From: Camelus dromedarius
Taxonomy: Eukaryota
Direction of reading: 5' to 3'
DNA length: 64,000 nt
NCBI RefSeq assembly: GCF_036321535.1
Contig: NC_087436.1
Span: 68,202,001-68,266,000 of the forward strand
The notes beneath the pieces were generated by a model that made no database searches, was not told the origin of the DNA, and saw only the letters and a list, made by a program, of their open reading frames with translations. The position numbers were made by a program, and so were the translations under genes. The stretch's first letter is position 1. Each line of letters starts with the position of its first letter. Shown here in pieces: positions 52,701 through 64,000 of the stretch.

Positions 52701-55700
52701 GAAATGACTGGGAAAGATTCTTCTTTTTTTAATTTAAAGAAAAAATACAAATAAAGTCTAGTAAATTCAGGAATACATGTTAAGTGATGTTTTGGCAATG
52801 AAAATCAATTAAAGAGCTAGATTTCACCTTGGAGCAATACACTGTAGAACAGAAACAAACCACGAGGATGAAACTAAGAAGCAGAGAATCCCAGCTGGCC
52901 TATATCCTCCATCACTCTCTACACAAAGAAAAAACAGAAATATTGATGGAAGCTCCAGATTTCCACAGGCCATGGATTTGGAGAAAAGAAGTCACCACTG
53001 TCCTTTAGAAAATGCAGGGCTGTAGCAACTCCCAACTGACATCTCACTTAACATTTATAACAATCAACCTTTTATTGAGGGCAAGGGCTGTGTCTTAATT
53101 TAGTTAAGTTCACTAACTCACAATAGGTTTCTTGTGTATAAGATATTGTGCTAAAAGATGATAGAAAAGACAGAAAAAATGTCTTTTCAATTATATTTGT
53201 AGAATGTCCAAAATAGCCTCACACATACAAAGTACCCATCATATCCAGAGAAATTAAATGATCTGCCCAATAATAACAGTTAATAAATGGAGTGAGAGTG
53301 AGAAATTGAAATAACAAAGTTCTGGGCAATTTAGATAAATGCTAAGAATAGGATCAGAAGAATAAATGCACAGCACTCTTCTACTTAAACAACAAGAACA
53401 GATAATACAATATTCAGTATGGAAGTGGATATACTGAATGATGTGAAAAGTATAGGAATATGATATTGGATGGGGACAAAAGACAGAAGCAGGTCACTAT
53501 AGATGTAAAGACTATAAATTATGAGAATAACACATCCACACTAGATGACCTATTTTTCTCTGTCTCCAGTGTAAATGGCTTGACCTCACTGGGATGCCTT
53601 GCTTAGACCCAACCTATCATCAATTGGGCAGTCTTCCAACACAGGGCCTGGATCAGCAGGGTCTTTTCTAAATCAGACAGCACCACTGCTCTTGTAGCAT
53701 GATCCACAGCTTTGAGGTCACTATGGTGACCTTGTTTGGGTAGTAATAATTGCATTACCAGTGTTAGCAACAATTATTCAATTAATCATCTAATTGTTAA
53801 GTGATCCCAAATCGGGATGAAGAGTAACATGTGATGTTATTTTTCAGCTTACCACCAGGACTTTGGAAACTATGGATTTATTGGTGAGTAAGGGAGCACT
53901 ATTTGAGAATGAAAAGTAGTTTCAGGTTTCAGCATAGGCAGTCTCTGGGGCAGCATTTCCATCCTTTGGACAGGAAATAATAGAAAATTTTATTCTCCTT
54001 GCCAGCTCTGCCCAGAGCCACAAACAGAAATGTGAAGATTATTGTTCTCCAGGAAAGAGACATGTATATCACCACAGGCCGACAATATCATTAGCTACCC
54101 ATTCAATACTCCAGCAATGATGGATGTGAAAGGGGAAGCTTCAGTCTCCTGGAATCGTCCAGAATGGCTCATGACAGTAACAGCATTACTGTGGTCAGCC
54201 ATAAGTCATCAGTGTTACTGCATTTCCCTTAAAAAACTCTCTTCCCATGGCCTCAAGGATTTTCACAGTGCATCTACCTTTCATATTTAACAAGGGCATT
54301 TTCTTTCAATTTCTGAAAGGGGTGGTATTGAAATAGGAATTTAAAGTATAACTTTCTTAACCATGAAAGGAGGTAGGTAGTTCAACTTGATGTCCTTAAA
54401 GTGCTTTATTATTTGAAATCAGGATTTTTCTTATTTACTCAAAGGGATTTTATTTACTTCCTCTCCTGTATTTGACTTCTTATCTTGGTGTTCTGTGGCC
54501 CAAATTGAAAGGAAAGTTTACTTCCGAAGAGTATGTTTGGGATATACAGCATCTGAACTAGAGCAAGTGTAGGTTCCTTTCCCAAATTGAAATAACGTTT
54601 TTTTAAGCACACACACAAAAAACAATAAAAATTCTGTAATGTCAGAGGTGAGAAGTGCGATAATTTGTGAGCAGTAAACACACACTTTTTTCCTGCTAAG
54701 GTGACACAAAGATGATGTGGAAACAGATGGCCTCATGAATGATCATTTTGAGGTTGTTTTTTCTGAGGAACAAGAAAAAATATGATGGCTTGGTGGAGTC
54801 CCTAAAGTTGTTTCTCTAATAAATGGAGGAAATCACGTAAGAAAGAGGGACATCTAGTTCACGAAGGAAAGAGTAAATGCATTCACTTGTTTTCCCTCCC
54901 AGAGTCCCAGTGAAGTAGCAGAAAACATAACCAAAACTAGTATCTATGGTTTTTAAAAATGATTACCCGGACAAAAAAAATTATGAGAACTTTCTGGAAA
55001 AGAAAGACAGCATTTGGCATCAGCTAGATGGAGAAATAAGAGCCCAGAAAATGTAAGCCAAAGACACAGAAAGGATCTGAAGAGACCAAGAGCCATTTTT
55101 TCCAACAGAATTCTGGATTAACTTCACACAGAGTCAGGTACAGAAGGTGGAAACAGATTGTGGGTAATTAGTAATTGTACCAGTGGAAATTCTGAACTAA
55201 TAATCCTACTTCTTCTGTGTGGGAGATCGATGGAGACGTGGACTGCAGTTTGGCCCTAGAAAAATCCACAAGACAATTTCTAGAAATAAATAAAGTAGAT
55301 GGGGGAACAGTTATTTCCTATTATGAGTGTACATTAACACAGACACAGACAACATATATATTCATACATTTATAAAAGAGTTTTTCATTCTCTTATAAAG
55401 TTCTGAAGCATTGAAATTTAAAAAAAAAAAATTTAAACCCATAAGTTTGCCTGTCATGTGCCAAATCTCAGAATATATGTTAGAACGTCTAAAGAATAGG
55501 AGAGATTGCTGTGATTAACCCATGTGAACTAACGGATTATTTTCTAAACATTACATCTATTTAACAAGACTCACTGGTTGATTTTCAAGAGAAACTACTT
55601 GACTAATTACAACATGCAAATCAATTAAGAAAAGATTAAAACTACAAGTTTTACCAAATAGGAAACCTTGAGATTACTGGATTTGAGCATCAAAAAAGAC

Positions 55701-56435
55701 AGTTTTAAGTGTGTTACAGAGATCAAGATTGCAACCATGAGTTGAGAAATGCACTGGGTTATCATTATGGCCTAACAGCCACATTTTCTCACATTTTCAT
55801 GATGATGGTTGAAGAAAAATATAGTTTTTTCAAAAAAGTTTGAAATTACATGGCTAAATCCATAATGTATCATTTAGTTTTCATTTAGCTGCACATTCCT
55901 AACAGTAGGCTAAGTGATCAAGACATTTAATTGGCTCACATAACAGGAAGTCTTCAAGTAAGCAGTTCAAAAGCTTATGGAGCAGCCCAGTGACTTTCAA
56001 TAACAGTTTTTGATACAAATTTGTTATAATTTAAATATGTGATAACACTATTGTATAAAGTAACTGAGAAGATCATCAGTTAAACAAAAACCTTGAATAC
56101 ATTGCTAAGGTTTACATCAACTGAGCTGTACATCATAACTTACTCCTCTACCTGGCAATTTGGCAGTTTATGAAGTTTTGTTATTTTGATTAAATTGTGT
56201 GTGCCAATTTCTGGAATTTCTGAACTTGAAAGAATTAAACCTTATAAAGAAGGAAAAATATATAAATAAATAAATACATTATAGCTTAGTTCAAAATAAC
56301 ATTTTCAGATACTCAAGGACCCAGAAAGTTCACCATCCATATACTCCTTCAAAAAATGCATTTCTGAACAAACTTCATTAAAGTAAAAAATCCAAAAGAC
56401 AAACAGGGGATCTAAGAAATGGTGAAATCACCTAA

Positions 56436-56830
56436 TGTATCAGTCTGCTTTTGGCTGCCATAACAAAATATCATACACTCAGTGACTTACACACAAAGAC
56501 TTATTTTCTCACAGTTCTGGGGACTGGAAATCTGAGGTTAGGATGTTAGCATGGTTGGTTTCTGGTGAGGTCTCTCTCTTCCTGGCTTACAGATAGTTGC
56601 CATCTTAGTGTGGGTTCACATAACCTCTTCTTCATGCACATGTGGAGCTAGAAAGAAAGAGCTCTCTCTTGTCTCTCATAAGGACATTAATTCTATTGGA
56701 TTAGGGTTCCATTCCTAAGACCTCATTTACCCATAATTACCTTCTAAAGGCTGTATTTCCAAAACATAGTCACACTGGGAGTTAAGGCCTCTGTATATGA
56801 ATTTTGGAGGGATAAGATTCAGTCCAAATC
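56436..56830 (-). mobile_element. MaLR LTR (MLT1A-like)
   Basis: tgtatcagtctgcttttggctgccataacaaaatatcatac ... tatgaattttggagggataagattcagtcc. Confidence 0.88.
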
Positions 56831-58104
56831 TTCTAATATATGCAGTTTTAAAAATCTCTATATGAAAGTTGTCTTCAAAATTAGAGTATTACTATGCTAT
56901 TTTACAAGTAAGAATGTACAAATTATATTATAACGTGCTGCTAATAAGAAGGTATTCCTCTTCTTATCAGCAAGAAAAATGTTTTAAATTAGAAACAAAT
57001 AAAAATAAAACATTATAACCCAAACAAAGTAGTATATGGTATGATTTAGAGTAACTGATAAGAATGTAAGTAATAATGCTTTATTAAATAACAAAGCCAA
57101 AACATTTAGTCTTGTAATTCAGAAGGATAAATGAGACTAACTAGCACTCTTAATTTACAGTTTGTGTGTTTCCTAAAAGTGATTTGTCATTTGACCATAC
57201 ATTTTGCTTACAGATTAGTCTCTTCATATTAATTTCTCTTACAGAGTAATTCTAAAAGTAGACTTGAATTTTGAAAGGTGGTCTGATTTTTATGAGATAG
57301 TAAGTTTTACTATCTGGAAATTCCATGCTGTCTAAAAAATGTGAAGATCCAAAGTCTCAACAACAATAACCACAACAATAAAACATATCCAAACACTTTT
57401 AATTTTTTTCTTAATCTTTTATTTTAACTTTGATGGAACCTCCTAGCAACTAATGATACATATTTTTAAATGAATTTACCCCCTTCAGTTACATTTTAGT
57501 ATTTTTTTCTTCTGTCAAATTCAAGTAAAGTTTAAACTTACTGTTTTTTTATATATATATATAAATGGCAACCATCATTCTTTAGATAGCATGGATATCA
57601 GTGATTTCAATTTTATCTTTTATTCTTTTCTATATATTTTCCAAATTTTCCACCATAAATAGATTACAATTACTACTTTTAAAATCAGAACATTCATGAA
57701 TGCTATTTTTAATTAAAATGTCAAAGAATATTAATATTAAAGATGAAATAGAAGAGAAGAGGGGCTATAACCCAGTCATGGCTCTAAATTATCTGTGCAC
57801 TGGAGACAAGAAAGACAAAATTAAAAGAAACAAGAAAAAGAGATATCAGTAGATTTTTCCAGTGTTGGAAATGATTGAGAAGACTAGAATTCAACTTCAA
57901 AAATGTGTGGATGTTTGTCACGTTGGTAAGTTAAATGAATTTGCCTATATGCTCTTAATACTTTGGAAGAGCTTTCCTCCTATCAATTTTATCCTTTTTG
58001 GTTTTCCTTGATATTTTCTGGAATCAACTTGAATTATTTATGGCAAAAAGGATGGGTGAAGAGAGTGGTCAAAGTCAATCCTCTGTCAACAAAAACTGAC
58101 ATTT

Positions 58105-58335
58105 TCTAAATACTCTATGACAAGGACTATTTTAAGCACTTTATATTCATTAGCTTATTTAATTTTCTCCACACCATCTAGAGGCAGGTGTGGCCACCCT
58201 CACCTTACAGATAAGAAAACAGAGACATAAAAAGTTTAAGTCACTTGCCCCAGGTCACTCATAGCAAGTGGGAGCTCAGTTCTAATTCAGACAGTCTGAC
58301 ACTTGAGGCCAGCTCTAAACTACTGCACTAAGCTG
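58105..58335 (-). mobile_element. MIR SINE
   Basis: ccttacagataagaaaacagagacataaaaagtttaagtcacttgccccaggtcac. Confidence 0.85.
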
Positions 58336-58929
58336 TTTCTAATAGGACAAAAACGGATGATCAACACTTGTTCCCAGATAAATGGAGAACCATGTGAGAA
58401 TAAAAGGGAGGCTTGGTTTTCAATTTCCAATCTGGTTTATTAAAAAGACCCAAAGCTTTTTTGTGTGACTAAACTTGCTCCAACGAAATGAAATTGGTTA
58501 ATGTTGGAAAAGCATCTTACAGTTTACAAAGCACTATTACATGTTAGAACAACTTAACTGGCGTCAAAATGTGAAAGGATCGGTAGTATTATTATTTTAT
58601 AGCTGAGGAATATGATAAAGCATCAGGGAGCAGGGATGACTTACCTAGTCATAACAGTCAGAACAAAACCATGTGTTCTAACCTAGATCCTATGCTCTTT
58701 TCATTATCATTTCCAAGATGAATGCCAATGAAAAAACAAAAATGAAACAAATCTTTAAAGACTATCTTCGCTTGAGAAAGTCCAGGAAAAAAAAAATGTG
58801 AAATTCTCTTTATTTGTTGCTAGGATATGTTTTCCCCCTTATTCTTGCTCTCCACTTCAGTTCCCACCATCCACACCTCCTCCCCCTAGGCACCTGCTCT
58901 ACTGTTTCAACATATGTCCTTCAATTAGA

Positions 58930-59530
58930 CCAGCAATCCACTTCTGGGTACATAACCAAAAAAAGCAAAAACACTAATTTGAAAAGATACACTCCAGTGT
59001 TCATAGCAACATTATTTACAATAGCCAAGATATGGAAGAAATCTAAGTGTCTATCAAAAGATGAATGGATAAAGAAGATGTGGTGTATAGCTACAATGGA
59101 ATTCAACTCAGCCACAAAAAAGAATGAAATCTTGCCATTTGCAATAACATGGATGGACTTGGAGGGCATTTTGCTTAGTAAAATTAGGCAGACAGAGAAA
59201 AACAAATACTGTATGGTATCACTTATATGTGGAATCTAAAAAATAAAAAAAAAGGGAATATGACAAAACAGAAACAGACTCAGACATAGAGAGCAAACTA
59301 GAGATTGCTAGTGGGGAGAGAGAGGGGAGGGGCAATATAGGTGTAGGTGGGTAAGAGGTACAAACTATTAGGTATAAAACAAGATACAATAATATATTGT
59401 ACAACACAGGGAATATAGCCATTATTTTATATTAACTATAAATGGAGTATAACCTTTAAAAATTGTAAATCACTATGTTGTACACCTGTAACTTATATAA
59501 TATTTTATATCAACTACACTTCAAAAAATA
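58930..59530 (+). mobile_element. L1MA-class 3' fragment (ORF2 C-terminus plus 3' UTR)
   Basis: ORF 58814..59239 ends TPVFIATLFTIAKIWK...DEWIKKMW...NEILPFAITWMDLEGILLS...KYCMVSLICGI, the L1 ORF2 C-terminus. Confidence 0.92.
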
Positions 59531-59585
59531 ATACATTTAATAGTTAGCATGTATCCTTATAAAATGGTATACTGAAAAACTCTCA

Positions 59586-60488
59586 TGTTACTTCCCTACT
59601 ACTCACTATACTTTTGGCCACCAAATGTGTAGGTTTTTTCCCCACACTGACCAATTTTCTGACAACAGCTAGGTGTCCAACAATTCAATTCAGTTCTGAT
59701 ACTATCTACTTGGAGTTAGTCAGATCTCACAAGGTAAGAACGTCTTCCCACACATAAGGCTGCCCCTACTATAAAGGCCAATCACAAGTCCAGGTTGTCA
59801 TCTATACTTCTGACCAACTGGCTATAAATTTGTCTTATAGCCCACAACGCCCTCCACTGCTTTAATAATTTGCTAGGTTGTTTCACAGAACTCAAGGAAA
59901 CTCTTATTTACACTTACTGGTTTATGATATAATAAAGGATATGATAAAGGATATGATAAAGGATATAGTATATAGATGAATGGCCAGATGAAGAGAGATA
60001 TAGAAGGAGCTTCTGTCCTTGTGGAGTTGGGCTGCACCACCCTCCCAGCACATGGATATACGTTTCCCAACCTAGAAGCTCTCCAAACCGATTAGTTCAG
60101 GGATTTTTAATGGAGGCTTCATCACACACATGACCAATTATTGACTCACTCCGCAATCCCTCTCTCCTCCCCAAAGGATGAGGAGTAGGACTTAAAGTTC
60201 CAAGCTTCTAATCATGGCTTAGTTTTTCTGGTGACCAGCCTCCATCCTGAAGCCATCCAGGAGCCCACCACAAGCCACCTCATTAGAACAAATGACATTT
60301 CTATCACCTAGGAAATTCCAAGAGATTTAGGAGTTCTGTGTCAGGAACCAAGGCCAAAGACCAAACATTACAACAAAAGATGGTCCCATCACCTTTATTA
60401 CTTAAGAAACTACAAAGGTTCTAGAAGCTCTGGCCAGGAGCTGAAGACAAAGACCAAATACATATTTCTTATAAGTCATAGTATCACA
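59586..60488 (-). mobile_element. MER21-like solo LTR, with internal (ataaaggatatg)x3
   Basis: TG...CA termini; caattcaattcagttctgatactatctac, acttctgaccaactggctataaatt, gaccaaatacatatttctt. Confidence 0.85.
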
Positions 60489-61769
60489 AATAGGTTTATA
60501 TCTCATGTGCTAATTTACATAAATGGCATTATGGTGTGACTCTTATTCTTCTTAGAACTTAGAACCAGCTCATTCACTGGCCTGGGGAGAGCAGAGGCAG
60601 GGCAAATTATATGCCTTCTATGCTTGGTAATATAGAGAACTCTGGATACCAAAGATGTATCTCTGCCTATATTGACTGGCTACCCTCACGACCTTCTTTC
60701 ATTTTTGTTTCTCTTAGCTGAAACAAATAAATTACTAGCCTGAATCAAAAACACTGGCCTACCCATCCTCCACTTCAGGGTTTCTTAAAACTCTACTCAT
60801 TACTTGGCAAAGCTTGCCACTAACTTGCTCTGCCTATGTAAAACATTGGTCTTCCTGAGCTAAATTCCTGAGACTATTTTTTAAAGAAGAATTGCATGAA
60901 GAGACAGTCAAAACTATTATGCAGCATGAATAATAATGTATAGGTAATCAAATCTCATGCTTCAAGAAATAAAGTAATTACTGCAGGAATTAGGAACCAG
61001 AGCCTACCTCTTCTGTAAATAGCACTGTCCAAATCACTGGAGGCTTTGTGTATAAATGTGTGTGTGTTTAACTATGAGTGTTTATGTGTGTTTGTGTGCA
61101 GGGGAGAGACAAGTCATGTATTTTAATAGGGGCCATGGAGTGAAACACAATATGCTTCTTCCTCCTAAACTCCTGAAATCAGCAGTAGAAGAAATCAGAG
61201 CCTAGAATGCATAAGGTTATATTCTATGGACATAATAAATCCCAGTTTTTCACTGTTCACCCAGGCTGCATCCTCACTAGAGAACAATCTCCCCTGAGGC
61301 CATGCCTGGGTCAAAAATGTCAACCAGCATTCATGAAAGAGATTGCTTCCAGAATTCCTCTTGCAAAACAGTCCTTTCTCCCTCTTGTGGTTTGGGTACA
61401 CTCGACGGTTGGGAGTAAATCTAACATTTCAACTGTATCACTACTGCATAAAATACTGTAAAAAACAAACACTTCTGCCAGGATTTTCTCTATAATGCAA
61501 ACCTACTTCTTTTAATGCTAATTCAGCTATCTACAAGAACCACTTAAATGACAAAAGCCCCTTTTTGGTGGAATTGTTATTCCAAACATGAATCCTACAT
61601 GATAGGGTGATCTCACCACCATCTCAGCTTGGGATAGTAATAAACCAGAAGCAGACATGATGATCATTGACCTATTTCCAAAAAATTAATAAAAATCAGA
61701 TTTATCTAATAAAAGGTTATAGGACAGCTTAAAACTTAAATGCCTTTTGCTTTTGGATTACATTATATA

Positions 61770-61900
61770 AGCTCAGTGTATATTGATTTATCTTTCCCAC
61801 TAGACTCTAAGCTCCTTGGAGTCCAGGACTGTGCTTTCTTTATCTTTATATGCTCAGTGCCTGACATGTGACAGACAATTGATAAATTATTTATTCAATT
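61770..61900 (+). mobile_element. L2 3' end
   Basis: cccactagactctaagctccttggagtccaggactgtg ... cagtgcctgacatgtgacag. Confidence 0.75.
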
Positions 61901-62995
61901 TGGCTATTAATATTGATCAGAAGCTCTGACTGGCAGTTTGATATTTTATTTATGATAAAAATATGGAAACTACAGATTAGTGATTACTTTTTAAAGATAG
62001 TTTGTCTGAGAGATAGCATCTACAGAAGAGGGGGATTAATTTTTTTTTAAGTTGGGGATCATGCAATTATACCAATCACTGCATCTCCCAACTTTGGACT
62101 TCTCCAGTGTGGGAGATGAATATTGAATGCCACAGAACATAAAACGGATTTAAGAGTAACAGTATAACAAACATGGTTCCTTAAATATGTGGTATTGTTT
62201 TCTTGGCAATTCATCTTTAATGTAGTTATGAGCATTTGTGTAGAAATTGTGAGGTGATAATATAATAAGAGAATTCCATAATCTGAGTCCTATAGACCCC
62301 TCAAACCCCAATGCCATGGTTCCTAAGCCTTTGTCTTCTTTTAGGGTCCAGCTCATCATTTATTTCAGATATGGTTTCCATATCCAGTGTGGGATATTTG
62401 ATTATTCCTCCCCACAGTTGAAATTACTCACTTCTTCTCTGGCACTATCATAACACAAAGTTTAAAATGTTCTGGTATTTTTAAAAAAAGAAAGAAAGAA
62501 AATAATGTACAATCCAGGGCAGAACTGATTGCACCCAGAAATACTTCACCAGGAATTAAGTCTATTTTCTACTAATACAAATAGGCTGCTAAACTTTTTA
62601 AGTGCTATCAAAAAGCCAGAAATATTCAGGGAAATTTAAATGTATATGGCAGTCCAGGTGAGGTGGAAACAAGAGGCTGTGCTAGGGTAAATTTCATAAA
62701 TAAATTAATTCAAAAAGGAATGCAGTGTAATATATAGTAAAAAAAATCACTCCACTTCACAGAAGAGAGTACCATAGATAGGAATGGAAAAAATATATAT
62801 CAATTTGCCAAACTCAGCTGCCAGGCATTAAAAAATGTCAAAAGCAGCCATCAAATGGCTAGAACATTTTGATCTTTTTTGAAGTAGCCTTCTTCACAAA
62901 TTCTGCCTTCCAAAAAGAACACAATAACTGGCATATGGAAGCAGGTCAACAAAAGTTTATTAAAGACATATGAGCAAAGTTGGCAAAGTTCTCAC

Positions 62996-63028
62996 CTGTT
63001 AGCAGTGTGTCCTCCATTTATCTGGATC
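62996..63028 (-). other. Candidate small internal exon (33 nt, or 48/51/55 nt with upstream AGs) of an unidentified host gene
   Basis: Minus strand: tctatttttaag GATCCAGATAAATGGAGGACACACTGCTAACAG gtgag; only one open frame (IQINGGHTAN); no recognised repeat. Confidence 0.3.
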
Positions 63029-63445
63029 CTTAAAAATAGAACACTGCTTGCTAAATAGAGAACACAGTTGGGGTAGGGTGGAGGGCATACATGAATAAAA
63101 GGATGGAGGTCCCTATTCACCAAATCATGACTCTACCCTTCCCTACCTTTTCTCAGCAAATTCCACTGAGAGTTTCCTCCATGCTCAGATTTTTTTTTTT
63201 ATATTTACACATCATTGAATAAATAATTCTCTAGATGTGAGATTAAAAATCTGATCAAATGAAGAGCAATCAGTTTGATTTCACTAGACTTTGCATACAA
63301 AAATTTATAGGAAAATGCTGAAGATTTTTTTAATGGCTCTAACTTTGTCAAAAAGAGATAGAATGTAAACTTAATGGTATTTACTCTCCTTCAAAATTTT
63401 CTTACTGGTATTTTTAGGAAAAAAAATTAATCTTTGAGGTGACTG

Positions 63446-63475
63446 TGTTAAGACATGGCCTGTTAAGACATGGCC
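63446..63475. repeat. Perfect 15-bp tandem duplication (tgttaagacatggcc)x2
   Basis: Read directly; followed by partial tgtt. Confidence 0.95.
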
Positions 63476-64000
63476 TGTTCAGCTCACTTTTTGATCTCTT
63501 TATCCTAGGAACTTCAAACACTGTGGCCAAGCAAGGAGAGAGAGTCTGGGTGGACAACAAATATTAACAGAGTTAATTACTGGAAGGGTGTAAATTTGGG
63601 TCATACCAGGATACAGCATTTTAAAGGCCTAACTGAAGATAGTGCTGTACAAAACTTATTCTCATATTGCTGAAAACATACTTACTGGCTGAAGTAAAGC
63701 ATTCATCAACCTACAAGCAGGTGGATTTAAGTTTTCAAACTCATGGCTTCCACAGGCACAGAGACTATATTTTCCTTGTAAACCGAATCAGAGCACATCT
63801 GACTCAAGAATTTTGTACACCTTCGTGATGCAATAGGCAGTACAGCAAATGTTATTTGGATGCTTAGGACAATTCAGTGATTTGTGAAGCTGCAAGGAGA
63901 AATTGGGACAGTTCTTGGAAGCCCGGGACGTATGATCCCTATAAGCATGGAAATGAAAAAGTTAGAGGCCACGGCAAGGAGAAGGGAAAGGAAAAAAGGA

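Noticed and set aside
52824..52940. Possible 91-nt minus-strand exon with strong acceptor tctgttttttctttgtgtag
   Set aside because: Donor AAG|gtgaaa is weak, two of three frames have stops, peptide unrecognised
1..64000. CRISPR arrays, operons, rRNA or other prokaryotic or viral systems
   Set aside because: The sequence is mammalian repeat-rich DNA; no repeat-spacer array or dense ORF structure seen

Overview
AT-rich, repeat-dense mammalian genomic DNA, intronic or intergenic. I recognise no intact protein-coding gene; the only ORFs I can assign are decayed L1 ORF1/ORF2 remnants. The youngest L1 3' ends look cetartiodactyl, and I saw no Alu, BovA/BovB, PRE-1 or CHR SINEs, which tentatively suggests a camelid (inference). 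Much of the window is old interspersed repeats (L1, L2, L3/CR1, MIR, MLT1/MER21 LTRs, hAT and Tigger elements), often nested. The main anomalies are: (1) a ~1.4 kb CpG-rich promoter-like segment at 48.66-50.04 kb with a diverged ~480 bp direct repeat, TCTCGCGAGA/YY1/NRF1-like motifs and a minus-strand splice donor, lying between two parts of an ancient L1; (2) a tailless 5'-half tRNA-Glu(CTC) retrocopy with a perfect 15-bp TSD; (3) two other minimal retro-insertions; (4) an 81-bp transposon piece inside an LTR that matches a copy 2 kb away; (5) candidate microexons and enhancer-like unique blocks. Repeat subfamily names are from memory of consensus sequences and boundaries are approximate. I found no clear evidence of a wholly new biological system.
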